Shown: positions 25,734-40,008, counted from the stretch's first letter. The stretch: DNA of 64,000 nucleotides from Octopus sinensis (GCF_006345805.1 NC_043013.1:58900001-58964000), one strand, 5' to 3'. The notes: generated from the letters alone by a model not told the origin. A program made the numbers and translations.

Positions 25734-28700
25734 CACACACACACATGCATATTTATTTGTTTGTATGTGTCTACACGCGTAAATCTACACACATTTATTC
25801 AGAAGCAATATTATGTGACACATACAGAAATACAATTGCCTGCAATACCGTTACTTCACACACTCGCAGTTACACGCTGCTTCCCCACTCACTCTCCTTT
25901 TCTTTCTACAATTAACAATTTCAACAGAACTTATCCAATTATATACATTCGTGTTATGCTTGTTAAAGAAATTTCTCCTCTTCATTCAGAAAATTCTAGA
26001 TTCTAAAGCTTCACAAAACAAACAACGAAACATGTTTTAAAACACATAAAAACAAAAATAACAAATTCTACGAAAGAACAAAAATATTTTTAAAAACTCT
26101 AGCTGAGCAAAAACTTCTGCTACTGATGAAGTTACTTCAAACTCACTATTACTTTGCTCCCGAGTACTGTGTACAGCAGGAGTTGAAGATTTATCTTCAG
26201 GGAGCTCTTCCAAATGTATGAATGATTGGATAGATATTTTAAGTGAATGTGGAACAGGTTGTTCTACCGAGTCGAGATCAGGGTACATTCATTAATTCCC
26301 TGCTAATAGCTGTTAATCAGGCAGAAATAACAGTCGTCATTGTAGTTCGCTTTTCTATCTGGTCCATGCTAAACCAAACCTCAGACATTTCTTCTGGCCT
26401 TTAATTCACTACCGCAGATGCTCAACTCAAGTTTTACAATTTCAAAATACAATTTGAATTTGAAATAGCTTAATGATGCATTTATCAAAACAGTTATAAA
26501 TATTCTTTAGATGTGCACTTTCCACAAATATAGCACAAAGAATCTGGATGAACCAAGCACTTACTCCATATGTAAACCACATTATCAATTGCAGTTGAAA
26601 AGAAGCATGAAAATAGTGCAAGTAGATTAAGCAGATCAACTGCAGTTGAAAAGAGCATAAAAGTAGTAGATTAAGATAGATGGATGTAAAAAGAAAAAAA
26701 AAGACAATCAGAGAGCAATTAAATGACAATGCCGTGTAATGTTATTGGCATTCCATGGGAACACGTGCATGAGAGGTACATTTATTGATAAGTACATTAT
26801 CTCAAAAACCAGAGTTACTAGAAACAAACGAAAGTCATATTCTTATTCAGTGACGTGAATATCTCTGGATTTGGATAAAAAATCTGAGTCACCAAGAACC
26901 GTTTCTTCAATTTATTCCCAAATGTAGTCAAACTACAAGTGACAATATACGAACAGCTTGACCACTCATTGTTGCTGTTGTTGTTGTTGTTTAGCTCCAG
27001 CTCAATCCTGGGGAAGTCAACCTATGATCCAAACCCTTGGAGCCGTGCCAATAATGTTTTTTCATGCATTTCACATTCATTGTATTCTTCCAATCTTTTA
27101 GAACGGTAATATGAAGGAAATTTAGCTGCTACTCCAAGCAGTGCAAGAAATATTCTAGAAGGTCCGCTTTAGTTAATTTCCAGGAAGTAAACTACATTGT
27201 TCAAGTCATTCTCTTCCATAGATAACATTTTATGGCAATAGTAAGAGAAAAAACTACCACTGAAAATCGAACCGTGACTACCTATCCTCACCTCCCAAAA
27301 ATCTCTCTCTACTTACACTAAAATATTTTGCCATGTAAAAATTATTGTAAATCGATAAATTTCCAAAGGTCTTGAACCAAAATGGCAAAAGAATAGTTAG
27401 ATTATTTTCGAAGTGTTGTATTAGAAATGAAATAAGGGAATTGGGAATTACTGAATCGGGTGTGTAGAGTATACAATGAATTTTTAGCCGATTCCCAAAT
27501 GGTAGAATTCTCTCCTATAGTAAAACTAAGACATGCTTAACTGGCGAAGTGAAGAGACACATTACAGCTATTAGGTTTGTATCTCTATTCGAGGAATTAT
27601 TACGAATCTGTAGCGATAAAATTATTCCAGACTGCGTAAGCAATTGTCTCGTCAAAGATTACATAGATAACCACAAACGCACAATCGCCCGCAAGGTGAC
27701 GCGCACCTACACACACGTAAAACGCACACAGAGGCACACACACACACACACACACTTATGTGTGAGAGATACACAGAACAACATACACAGAGACATCGCT
27801 ACACACGTATACACAAACACATATACACGTAGACGTCTACACAAAAATCTACAGTGACACATTTAAATGCATATTTAAATACATACATATATACATAATG
27901 ATTCATTTGTATAATAATTCTGGCCAAGCTACTGCTTAAGCACGGAATATGTATATCTATATATGAGTGGTTATGCCTGCATGTCCTCATATTTTCAAAT
28001 TGTCCACTAATAGAGAGAGAAATTCCTGCTTTCTAGCCCCGGTTCTTTCATTGGAATTGTTATTGGCGCGCGAACACATTCTTTAAGACCATGAAGTTCT
28101 TTTCCAGTAGAGGCTGTATCTCATTATCACTCCTGAAACCAATTAGGATTTTTCTTTTTGATGTCTGATGTCCTGAGAACTCCCTTCAATGTTGATTTGG
28201 GGGTTTCAAAAAATATCCAAATTGAACTTCTTGACTGTGGTCATCATTCGAGCGAAGAATATGCAAATGATCGAATTGAAACAGACGTTTCTTCTAGAAC
28301 GTTTCTTCCAGAGATGCTATTTACTCCAGGTAGGTGAGGTACGCACTTTGCACATCTTTGCATCTATAATGAGAATGACATCTCGAATATCATTAGTGTT
28401 CGCTGATTTTTGCCTTCTAATTACTGGAGTAGTAGTCATAATTCGTTAGTTACATTAACTGTTCTAGTTGGTTCTAGAATGTCTCTGTTAGAGAATTTGG
28501 GGAAAATAATTTCCTCCTTTCAGCCCATGAATAATGGAGACACTGTAAAAAAAAAAAGACTGTTTTTTCAGAGGAAATGTTTCAAAATAGATTCCACGAA
28601 ACATAAACGAACTATCGAATGAAAATAAAGATCTAAGATCATATGTTTATCTGTTCATTGAAGAAGCTAAATCTGCAAAAGAAAAGAAAAAGAAGTACAG

Positions 28701-30479
28701 AGGGAAAGAATTTACTTTCACAGTAGAGGCCTGGTTCTGTAGCAGATGAGATTCATCTAAAAGCTACCCAATAGCTGTTTTTTTTTCCTGATGTTGTTTA
28801 GCTTCAAATCAGTTTCAGTATACAGATCTATGATCAAAGGTTTTAAGCCATGATCCTCCCCCAAATATTGAGTTTTTGCAGAAAAATGTCACCCATATTT
28901 CATTCTTGTTTAACACAACAATTACCATTTGTGGGACTCTTCGCTTCCATTTCTATCAAGTAAAGAGATTGCATAGACGCTCACTTTCAACAAAAAGATC
29001 TTCAATGAGGCACTTTATTATTACTGGAGGAGTGAAATGGTTGATTGATTAATATCCAATATGACTGATATATCAGTAATGAACCCTGAGTTAGCCTGAA
29101 CCACTAGAATTAGCATCCAAATGCCCGCATATCGTTACCTAGAATCATAAAATAGAACGGCAACATTGTACAATCTTGTTCTAAGTATGTAAAACGATGG
29201 AATGATCAAAGTGGGAGTACTTTCGAAACATGAGCCTGCTTAGCCAAGCCTGACCTGGGGCTATACAAAACACCGCAGAAGGATGAAAGAGTACATCAAC
29301 AATAATGGGATTTGAAATCAGAACGGAAAGGAACGTGACAAATAGGCTGTAGTGGACGATAAGCTGTATTGAACGTCTATATTCATTTTGTGTAGTTCAT
29401 CTTCCTACTCAAATTTTTGCCATTTGGAGCCAGAAGATTTGAATTTAAGTTGAAAGATTCTTGGACATTTTTCACGTAAAAATGTTCAGGTAATTAAACA
29501 CTGTTGTACACATGACTGAATCAAAACTATTGAGCTAACTTCACAGCTTCGCCTTCTCTCTTTCTCACTCTTGTCAAATCCTTAACTGTTTAAAGAAGAC
29601 TATCTGCTACTATTACAACAACTACTACTACTACTACCACCTCGCCTCGTTCATTCTTTCTCTCCTTCTCTCTCTTTCTCTTTCTCTCTCTCCCTCTCTC
29701 TCACTACTGATTTGACATTTCTGTCAGTCGATTTAACACTCATGGCCGGTTTGATCAGGTTTAATTTTCTATCTTTGAATTAAATTTCCTGCCACAGACC
29801 AATGATGGCCAAGAAAATGGCATCAATTAACACAACGTATTGTCTTTTACGGACAACAAGTTGCAATGAAATACAGCATTCTGCACAGATTTATACAATG
29901 ATCGAATGACAGACAGGAAATTCTAACATATAATAATATAAATAATAATGAATTTTATATTTTAGATATATCCAGTTAAAAGTTACATCTTTGTTCTATT
30001 GGAGATATTTTATTATATCATCCATATCTTGTTTGAAGTCTTTGATTTGTAGTTTTTAGTTTTTTGTTAGTTTCCAGCAAAATAAACATAAAACAAGAAG
30101 TTAAGGCTTTGTTCATTCACCAAAATATGGGTGACATTCATCTCTGTTCTTCCTCTTCGCCATCAACCACCAACGCCGCCGCCGTCACTGTCGTCGTTAC
30201 CCCCGCTGCTGCCTGAGTGAGTATATTTGCCGGGAAATGTTAGCTTTTCTAGATTCTCATTTAAACAATTACTGACATGTGAAAAGCAACCATGAGTGTT
30301 GGCATCAAAGTGAATTCATAACGAGGATAGAAGAGCAGCAGGTTTCGAAGCAGTTGTCCATAGATATTCCGCTTTTCTCTGGGTTTGAAAGAGATGTTCA
30401 CATCCAAAAGACCTCTATAAGTCTATATGGAATATGCACGGTATGAAAAGCGCGCAAGGTTCTTCTGGGACAACGTTTA

Positions 30480-31085
30480 AAAATAATTCAAAACGTTTTT
30501 ACCAGAGGATAAAATATCAGTTACATCAAAAGAAGTGCATGAATTTTGGAGTAAAATTTGGTCAGAAGAAAACCCGTACAATAAAAAGACCCCTTTTTAT
30601 TGTATCTAGAGTATCTAGTAATACAGCCTCTTTAGAAGAGCAAAAGTGGGAGGGTATCAAAGTAGAGTATGTAGGATCTGCTCTCAGAAAATCAAGTAAA
30701 TGGAAGTCTCCAGGAAAGGATAAATTCCTAACTTCTTGTTGAATGTTTTGTCAGAAAGTCATGAACTGCTGATAAGAATTTACAACAATGTTTTGTAGCA
30801 ACCTAATATGATGCCCTTTTCGCTGCTTAATGGTGTTACATTTCTTCTTCCGAAAAATGGAGAGACAAATGAGTAAAAATAACTATAGACCCATAACCAG
30901 CTTAACAACCATGTATAAAATACTAACATCAGTCTTGACTGAATACACTTATAACTTTATAACAGAAAGTGGTATCTTCCCTAATGAGCCGTTGTAAAGA
31001 CCAGCTTCTCATTAATAAGATGATTCTGAAAGATTGTCACAAACAACAAAAGAACCTGTCAGTAGCCTTGATAGACTATAAGAAA
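30480..31085 (+). mobile_element. R4/Dong RT N-terminal fragment, same family as 4422-6927
   Basis: Nucleotide similarity to the revcomp of 6350-6927; WKSPGKDK, YRPITSLTTMYKILTSVLTEY, KDQLLINKMIL, IDYKK. Confidence 0.85.
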
Positions 31086-32979
31086 TGCCACGTACCTACA
31101 AATCATTAGTATTTACATACCAGTTCCAGGAATGCGTTTAATATGTAAATTGGTATATGCTTCAGAAACCAGTTCCAGGAATGCGTTTAATATGTAAATT
31201 GGTATATGCTTCAGAAACGTGTCAATACACTCAGAAAGTAACAAGGAATTAAAATCCACTGGGCCCAAAAATTTATTTATGAGTAAATTTAACAAATTAT
31301 CACTTATTAATTTATTATTTTAAACTGCAAAATTTTAATCACAAAATAAGAGGAAAACTTATAAAATTTGTAATTTACACTAAAGGGAAGAGGTGTTTTT
31401 TTTTTATTTATTGGATGAATGATTTATTCCTTTAGCTGTATTTTAGCTTGTATTTGAAACGAAAATGTATTTTTAAGAGGCACATGAGAAAAATGAACGG
31501 AATGCATATGGGAATTTATTATCCAATTTATTATCTAAAATGTCCTTCCGTTTCGTCTGGCGCATCAGAATGGGATTTCAGGGATATTTCAGATCTATTT
31601 TTAACAGAGAAATAGGTCACTTAGGTATTACTGAACAAGCATGCATACGCCATTGACTGGCAATATAATGCATTTTTGCTAGGTTCTGTGGAAAGTAAAC
31701 GAGGAAAATAGAAAAGTTGGGTAAGGGAAAAGGATATGCATGTGCGAGGACCGAAGAACACGGGTAGAAGCACATACACAACATAAACACACACAATCTC
31801 ACACGTATATACACACTGAAAGATAACTACACTTGCTCACAGTTGCACATGCATGCACACTCATTCATGAACACGGTGCCTTTTCACACAGATGTAGTAG
31901 ACGCAGGCACGTACATACACACATACACGCACCTCCGCCACACATGCTCATATATACTACGTAAGTACACAGAGATCAATACACGAAAGAGAGAGAAACT
32001 GCACAGAGAAACCCGTGATGCATACGCACATAAACACACACATACACAACCAAGATGCATGTAAACACAAACACATTCACACAAACCCAGGTTTTGGATG
32101 CGATATTAGGACATCTGATGATGATCAGAGAATATATAGTTTGAAACGAAGTGTATACCTTTTTAAGAACATAAAATTTTTCTTTGTTTTTAGTTGGAAT
32201 CTGTGTGGTAACTTTCCGAAACAGATGGATGATATGGGACTCTTGTTGGTCATTGCTTTAATCCATTCTGCTAGCTGAAAATCAAATACTAAATTCAATT
32301 CTAATATTTCTTTCTCTAAAATCCTAAAAGTCACTAGTGATCTTATCAAACTGACAGCGGATCCCTGGAAGATTTTGCTCCAATCCGAAAGAAATTCCGT
32401 CATATTAGCTCATAAAAATCGGATTCCTGGAAGATTTTGCTCCAATCCGAGAGAAATCCCGTCATCTTAGCTCATCAAAATTTTCTGAACGTTTTCAGAA
32501 CACTTCTCAAGCTGCAATCAATATTAGATTTCATGATTTCTTTTGAATGACGTTGGTATGAAGTAAGCTAATATTGCTAGATTAATAGTCTTTCGTAAGA
32601 TAAGTCTGAGTGCCACAATAATACACTGAATATTGATTTAATGATACGAATTTCAGTAACGTGTCATAGAATCGTAGTTTCCACCTAAAAGCCAAAGAAG
32701 GAAGTAAATCCAATGACACCATAATCATAATATTTATACTGCATGTTTTTTTAACGTACACAAATTGACATAAATCTAATGAATAATATTGTGTTGATAT
32801 CTTTACAAATAATAATAATAATAATAATAATAAACGTAAAGAACGCGGAGTGGGTAGTCGGTGATGTAAAGAATGAACGCGGAGCGTGAAGATGGCAGCA
32901 TAAACAAACAGTAAAAAGTGTAGCAAGAGGAACAACACCTCAAAGTTCAACTGAAACAGGCATAACCGAAAACTATGCT

Positions 32980-34210
32980 GGAGCTCTGGAACTTGAGTGA
33001 TATCACAGGAAGTTTCCAGGTGGGCTACAATACCGGATTCAAAGCAAAAACGGAGAAAGTACGTGAAGCAGGAAGACTTAATGAAAGTTGTTGGTACTGC
33101 GAGAAAATAGGACATAAAAGAGAAGGAACAAGTGACGGCTGGAGGAAGTTGCTGGCTCTGTAGGAAGCCAGGGCACAAGAAGCAAGAATGTTCCAGCCTG
33201 AAAAGAAAGCAGAATGATAGTGAAAAGTTCACGTTTAGGAGTGCTGGACATGCAGTGAAAAGGGACATCTGAGTTTTGACAGCCCTGCAAGAAAGAAAAG
33301 TAAGAAGATAAAGGAGAGTCGGAAAACTAGATGAGGCTGGTGTTAAGGAGCAACTGCCAGCCGAATATTCCAACTAAGCTCCACCTCCGAGAAGATACAA
33401 AAGGACTGTGATTGACAGAATACAAGTGGATATGAGGATTGACGGCCAGAAGTGTCCTCTTGTGATTGATTCGGTTTAGGTGCAGACTTTTGTGAGGCCC
33501 GAGGGGTTACAGAATCGAGACCTGCCAGAGTCATCACAGCAGTTGCGTGGTGTTACTGGGCACTGTACTGAACTGAGAGAACCGGTTGATGTCTCGATTA
33601 AAGTTGCAGGGCAATCGGTCGTGCTTCCTGTCTACGTAGTGGAGATGGAAGATCCTTGTTTCTTGGGATATCAGCTGGACTTCTGCTTTATGAAGATTTG
33701 GATGCAAAGAAGATAAGTCTTTGTGAAGGTAGTAAAGCGGACCACTGCTGGTGATGAGGTGAAAGCGTTATGGACGACAGGTGATCTCACTGAGATCGGG
33801 ACTACTGTTCCAGTGTGTGCCTCATTTGATAGCTGTTTGGGAAGGGTGAAGCCCGACAGACAGTGCAAGATGAAGGCTGGAGTGATGGTGGGGTGAACCC
33901 TGGTGGAGGCAGGTGCTGATGAGATGCTGGTTGTGGCTACCAATTTCTCACGGGAGTCACAGAAGATACGCAAAGGACAAATTTTGGGACTGTGCGAGGC
34001 AGTGGACCAGGAAGTGTCGGCGGCGTACCTGCAATGGGAGTGAAGTCGGAGGAAATGGGAGGTCTGCCAGTGTATTTAGAAAACCTGTTTGCACGGAGTT
34101 GTCAGTGTTTAGATGACGCTCAAGTGTTGCGGTTGAGGCAGCTGCAAGAAAGATATGCTGATGTGTTCTCTGCAGGAGACCTAGACCTTAGATGCACGGA
34201 TCTGGTGGAA
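32980..34210 (+). mobile_element. Ty3/Gypsy gag-protease-pol start remnant
   Basis: CCHC knuckle CWLCRKPGHKKQEC (~33150-33194); protease region VQTFVRP..LRGVTGHCTEL..LPVYVVEMEDPCFLG; pol start RYADVFSAGDLDLRCTDLVE. Confidence 0.8.
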
Positions 34211-34830
34211 GGTAGGGAAAATGCTCAACAAATTATGGGAAATGCAATTCTAGATAAAGATTTAACCAAAGTAATTTCCGCTCAAAAACAAGAACAGATC
34301 AGTCATTTACAGAAATTCGTTGATGTGGGCAAAGTAACTAGAAAAGAGGTAGATGATGTGAAATCTATTCCAAATGTCAGGATTGTAAAACTAAATGAAA
34401 AGGGTTATTTTCTAGAAATGGAACATTCTGAGAAAGAAGTCAATATGGAAATATGTCTTGTGAGATAAAAGAAATGTTGAGTCAGAATTGCAAACTTTTC
34501 GTCAAAACTTTGTAGAGGAGTCTAAAGAAGTCAAAGAAAAACTTACACAGCGCTTAGCAAGAGTTCAGATCTGAATATGCCTCTGAGAGTAAGCTTGACA
34601 AATTTGAACACCAGTAGGAACGTAACAGGGAAAGCTTGAACCAGAAAATAAATCTTTTAATGAAAGAAAATGAAAAACTAAAAGAGCAAATGTCTTCACT
34701 GAACAGTAACAACAGCCGACTGTCGGAAAGTAAATTTCAGTTGATCCAGGATCTAAAGGCAAATATCTTGCAGACAAACAAGAAACGGGATGAGATACAG
34801 TACAACACGCGTAGAAGGATTGCTTTTGTC
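34211..34830 (+). pseudogene. Disrupted coiled-coil coding fragment of unknown origin fused to the Gypsy remnant
   Basis: Heptad-like frames NVESELQTFRQNFVEESKEVKEKLTQRL and RESLNQKINLLMKENEKLKEQMSSL, interrupted by stops and frameshifts; family not recognised. Confidence 0.4.
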
Positions 34831-34959
34831 GGGTCGACAAAGTCTAGGGAGGGGTTAGGGTTAGGAAAGAGAAATAACGTCATCCATCATGTGACTAATT
34901 TGAAACATGCTGCATGTTTTCCTTTGTTTCGTGAGAGCTTTCTGTGAGGTGGACGATTT

Positions 34960-35713
34960 GAACAGGTAAAGGAAAAGTTATCCAAATTCTGGAAGAAGTG
35001 GTAGTCAGTGGGGGCAAGATCAGGTGAGTATGGTAGATGATAGAGAACCTTCAACTCCTGTAGTTTCGCCAATGTCATTTTTGCGATTTGTGGTCAGGCG
35101 TTGACCTTTTCAATAAAATAGGAGTATTTCTGTTGACTAATCTAGGCTGATTTTTTGTAAGTTTCTGCATCATTTGGTCCAGTTGACTGCAGTATACTTT
35201 GGCCGTGATTGATGAGCCAGGTTTAATGAAATCATAATGGATCACGCTTGCGCCAGATCACCAAACACACACCATCAGCTTCTTTTATCGTCTTTGTCCA
35301 ACCATTGTATTGGATCTATTTCTCATCGCATGTTACAATTCGATTAAAAAATTATTCATTTTTGTGACGAGAAAGTAGAATAATTGAATCCAAATTTTCA
35401 CTTAACCGATTTGAACTAGGTGAGTCAATATTGTTTGCGTGCTAACACCAAACAACAACGATAATTCACGAGCACTTTGAGATGGATCTGACTCGACGGT
35501 GGATTTCAGTTCGTCATTATCCACCTTTGTGTCTGGTCGCTCATTTGTGAGGTGAAAGCTACCAGAACGAAATTTTGCAAACCAATTTGATAATGTCTAC
35601 TGTGTAATAACATTAGAATGAAATACTCTATTAATATTCCGAGCTGTCTGTAATGCTGTATTTCCAAGAAAGAACTCATGTTTCAAAGCACTACGAATTT
35701 CTGACTTATCCAT
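34960..35713 (-). mobile_element. Degenerate mariner transposase (Hsmar/SETMAR-like)
   Basis: MDKSEIR..HEFFLGNTALQTARNIN..WFAKFRSG, KKLMVCVW, IHYDFIKPG, LPYSPDLAPTDYHFFQNLDNF. Confidence 0.88.
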
Positions 35714-36185
35714 CTCTAAAGAAAAATAGCGAAAAACGATTTATAAATACTTCATAAAGCGACAAATGAGTTAGAATAAAGAGATAGATGTGTCAGCTTT
35801 CTAACAAAACATAAATACTATCAAAATATACTAATGGCGTAGAATGTGCAGCTGTCAAATTTTACCATATACTTTACTACAAATTTCATTCTTGATGACC
35901 TAGTAGCTTCACCGGTGTTGGCGTTGTCGTTATCCCCGGTTGTGGCGCTAGTATTGTTGACGCGGTCGATGTCATCGGTGTTGGTGTTTCTGTCGCTGCT
36001 GTCACTGCCGTCGATGTTGTTAGATGAGCCGTTGCTACTGTTACTCTGCTTACAGGCCTGGGTGTCACCAGTTTCATACACAACTTATATATATATGTGT
36101 GTGTGTGTGTGTATACGCATACACACACATACATCACACACACACTCATATATATATATACACAAATTGACAGAGCTGAGCAGGT

Positions 36186-36468
36186 AAATCCAGGCTACAT
36201 ATATTCCCTAACTGGCAGATCCTCTGATGTGATAATTACTTATCTACAGGTATTCAGCTAGCTACTCATCAGACCGAAGATACCTTAATTATATGAAGAT
36301 TAGATTGCCGTTAAGAAATCCCATTGTAACTTGATGTTCCTTAATAACAATGAACCTTCATGTAATTAAGATATCTTCGGCCTGATGAATAGTTAGCTGA
36401 GTACATCTAGTTGAGTAATTATTACATCAGATGATTTGTTATCTAAGAAACATATGTAGCCGGGATTT
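36186..36468. mobile_element. ~280-bp imperfect foldback element (MITE-like)
   Basis: Long imperfect inverted arms, e.g. TATTCAGCTAGCTACTCATCAGACCGAAGATACCTTAATT vs AATTAAGATATCTTCGGCCTGATGAATAGTTAGCTGAGTA; outer AAATCCAGGCTACATAT / ATATGTAGCCGGGATTT. Confidence 0.7.
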
Positions 36469-36789
36469 TATCTTCTCAACTCCCCCAATTAAGATCTTTA
36501 TTCGTATTCATAGCAACTCAAGTTGCTAACCGTGAACTATAAAATCTTTTTTTCAGCTTCTCTTACTTCGATATGGGAAGATCTCACAATCTTCGACGCC
36601 AATAAATTATCATTGTTCCTGAACGTTATTGAACGTTGTTATTATGCCTACTACGGACTGCTCGAAGGTTACAAACTTCCTATACTTAGATCCTTGGATC
36701 TTATATATAATTACACACACATATACAAACATCATTTGTAGTAATACCAGTCAACAACTTCAATAGAAGGCAAGTTATTAGTCGGTAGT

Positions 36790-37190
36790 TACTTGCTATA
36801 TTTCCTTTCTCATGATCTTTCAATATCAATGCTGTCTTGTCTTTTGTCATCTATTCAGTAATACTTCCTGTCTCAAAACAACTATTTAGCTCATTCTATC
36901 ATGAAGCACAGTGATTTGTTTTAGCAAAAATTCCTGGATCAAATCTGGTCCAGAACACTTCGAGTTTGGCATCCTTTTCAAGACATTTTTTCAATTTTCT
37001 TCTGTGATCTCTTGTTTCTCTGTTTCGGCAAATCTGCATTATTTGTCTTTATCTGTTCTAACCATTCTGCATCACCGTTGTGTTTCACTTCTTGCCTCCA
37101 AATGTTTCTTCGGAATTCTTGTTAGATGGTATATCACCGATCTTGCATGTTAGATGATATGTTCACCGAAATTTCGAACAATTTTTACCT
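36790..37190 (-). mobile_element. Highly degenerate R4-type RT N-terminal fragment
   Basis: EFRRNIWRQEVKHNGDAEWLEQIK resembles the FW..IW....HN..A.W block of the other R4 copies. Confidence 0.5.
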
Positions 37191-37229
37191 AAACTGAACA
37201 ATTTTGTTGTTGTATCGCTTCATCTTGGC

Positions 37230-37620
37230 AGCTTTCGCTTTATTCTTTTGATCTGAGTTCAAATTCCGACGAAGTCGACATTGCCTTTCGTCCTTTCCGA
37301 GTCAATAAAATATGTACCAGTTGAGCACTGAGGTCAATGTAATCGACTTCCCCATCCCACGGAATTGCTGACCTTATACCATAATTTGAAATGGTTATTA
37401 TTGTTTTCAAAAAAGGCGGTGAGCTGGCAGAATGGTTAGTAAGTAGGACAAAATGCTGAACGAAATTCCTTTGGGTTTATATCCTGAGTTCAAATTCCGC
37501 TGAGTTCGTCTTTGCCTTATGGGGTCGATAAAATTAGTACCAGATAAGCTCTGTGGTCGATGCAATCGACAAGCTCTTCCCTCAAAATTTCAGTCCTTAT
37601 GCATCTAGTAGAAAGAATTA
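37230..37620 (+). mobile_element. Two adjacent family B tRNA-derived SINE copies
   Basis: GGCGGTGAGCTGGCAGAATGGTTAG head, CTGAGTTCAAATTCCG B-box-like motif, GGGGTCGATAAAATTAGTACCAG body; partial copy at ~37230-37380 and fuller copy at ~37415-37620. Confidence 0.75.
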
Positions 37621-39005
37621 TTATTTTGTCATGCATTTTTTTCACTCAAATTACTGAATATCTACTATTGAGCGAAAGCACGAAACAAAATCAAGGAAGA
37701 AATAAAGAAGTAACATCAGTATTGTTTATATTTCTTTACAATATGAAAGTAGAGAGATCAACTGGTGTAATCTTGGAAAAAAACATTCGTTTACAAATTA
37801 TACATATGGTTCGTTGGTAATTAGTTAAGTCATAAAACAAATATATTCTAATAGAATTCAGATATCGATCACCTAGCCTTCTTTACAGATTGTTTCCTTT
37901 GATGTAGAGACCAAGTTACAATTCTTGTATACTTCGGTATGAAATATTAGGAGTCATTCATTTTTGCCTTTTTCTTTCTTTCACCCAAATTACTGCCAAG
38001 ACAACTAGAGCAATCTCTCAAAGTTGTAGATACACGTTTTAGTGGTTATAAAAAAAACTACCATACAAATTAAAATAAGACTTTGAAGAGAGAACGAAAG
38101 AGGGAACAATCATAATTTCGAATGAAGGCTCGAAGGAGAGCTAAATCATTTTATGTAGTATATTTTTTTTTGTGGCTTTTTTTTGTGTTCTGGTATTAAT
38201 ATTTTAATATTATCTGAGGAGTGTTGTCGGATATGACAACGAAACCGGAAAGTTGCACGAATATTTAGAATGGGGAAAGAGAAAGACAAATAACAAAGAA
38301 CAGAGTTTGATTTGATCGCACAAACTATATTTCTTTTTTATTTGTTAATGTTCATACTTTCATAATTGTGTAAACAAAGAAGAGAACAAATTTTCTTTCT
38401 TTTCATGCACAAGAAAAATTCCCAGGAAACAAATAGTTTATCTTTCTGGTCAATGAGAATGGCTTGAGAGCTTTTTTTTTTTTTGTCTGATTTGTATTGC
38501 TTTCTGTGCAGAGAATTCTGCAACCAGTTTTCCTCTCTGTCTTTGATAAGCTGTTTGACTGAGCGGACCACTAATTTGTTTCTCTTTTCATTGTTTCGAC
38601 CTATTCCGCTGGCAAAATTGAATAAAACCATACTTTCTTGCATAGAATATTAAAACTTTGACCCTTTCAGATTATTTCTGAGAAACTTACCATCTTTTAC
38701 TTTTTCAAATCCCTTCTTTCAAATATTTTGCTTGTTGTATTAGAAATTTTAACAACCTGGTCAGACAACAATTGCTTCCTAATACATTTAAACTTTCTTT
38801 TCAAAGAAGGACAATGGAAAAATCAAATATATATATATTTATATACATATATATATACACGCATATAAATACACATACATATCTATACATATATATATAT
38901 TATATATATATACATTCATATTTATACATATATAAATATTCACATACATATCTATACATACATATATACACATACATATCTATACATATATACACATACA
39001 TATCT

Positions 39006-39129
<124 letters not shown>

Positions 39130-40008
39130 TTCAGCAAAAATTTAGATTCGAATGAATATGGTACTTAATTTAGATGCACCAGAATTCTGTATGGTGTTAT
39201 CCATAAAAATTTGTGGGGTGATTATAATCAAAATAAGCAACAAGAATGACTTCGGTAAATTGGTACAATCGTTTCGTACTACACCTGGATAATCGCTACA
39301 AAAAGATTTTTAGAAGTAGTAAGAGCCCACCTCTTGAAAGCTTGAAAGCTTTGAAAAGGATCTACTGGACCTTATCGCAAATATAAAATTCAAGGAACAT
39401 CCACTAAGATACAATCCACACCTTAGACATCTAAAGGATTTCATTAAATCTATCCAAGATAAACAGGGCATCCTAGTCCCAGCCGACAAAACTGGAAACC
39501 TTTACAGAATGGATTATGCGACTTACAGCAAACACATTAGAAAGGAACTAAACTTAAGGTATAAAGTAACAACTAAGAAAAACCTGAGAGAGATCAAGTT
39601 AGAAATCAAAAAAGTTATGGTGAATTACGATCTGACCGATAGAACGGAGCCTCTAAAACCACGTGAACCTAGGATTAATCTTAAGGACCATAAGAAAAAT
39701 TTCTCCGAAAGCCCTTCGGTAATATTCATATGTCCAACTAAGTCGGACATTGGCCGACTTAGCAAATTTATTTTGGACAATATTCTACCCCGTATAAATC
39801 TCCCCTGGATTAATACAGATGAAGTGATAAATTGGTTTAAATCTCTAGATAACACTAATAAAATTTCTTTTATCCAATTTGATATTAACAATTACTATTC
39901 TAGTATAGGGAGGAAATTGACATCATCCTATTAGCTAGAAAAACTATTATCGAATTTGAAGGTAAATTATGGACTAGGGCGGATACCCCTAACAATTTTG
40001 ATATACCT

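Noticed and set aside
26037-26288. 83-aa acidic, Ser-rich minus-strand ORF as a host exon
   Set aside because: Upstream acceptors lead to stops, there is no good donor, the C-terminus runs into low-complexity sequence, and I recognise no family
31120-31219. Short direct repeats (49 bp x2 here; ~62 bp x2 at 32360-32476; ~50 bp x2 at 26590-26680) as a CRISPR-like array
   Set aside because: Simple two-copy tandem duplications with no unique spacers, in eukaryotic DNA
32582-33373. 263-aa minus-strand ORF
   Set aside because: Antisense shadow of the Gypsy remnant and a (TAA)n tract; the composition is not protein-like
35088-35113. Minus-strand UUGAAAA-GGUC-loop-GACC mimicking the U3:A8 hammerhead
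   Set aside because: Followed by ACAAA rather than GAAA, and it lies in the mariner transposase coding region; coincidence
36262-36400. CTGATGA/TCATCAG pair in the foldback MITE (also at 58444 and 58658)
   Set aside because: They are mirror positions of inverted repeats; no correctly placed GAAA or cleavage triplet
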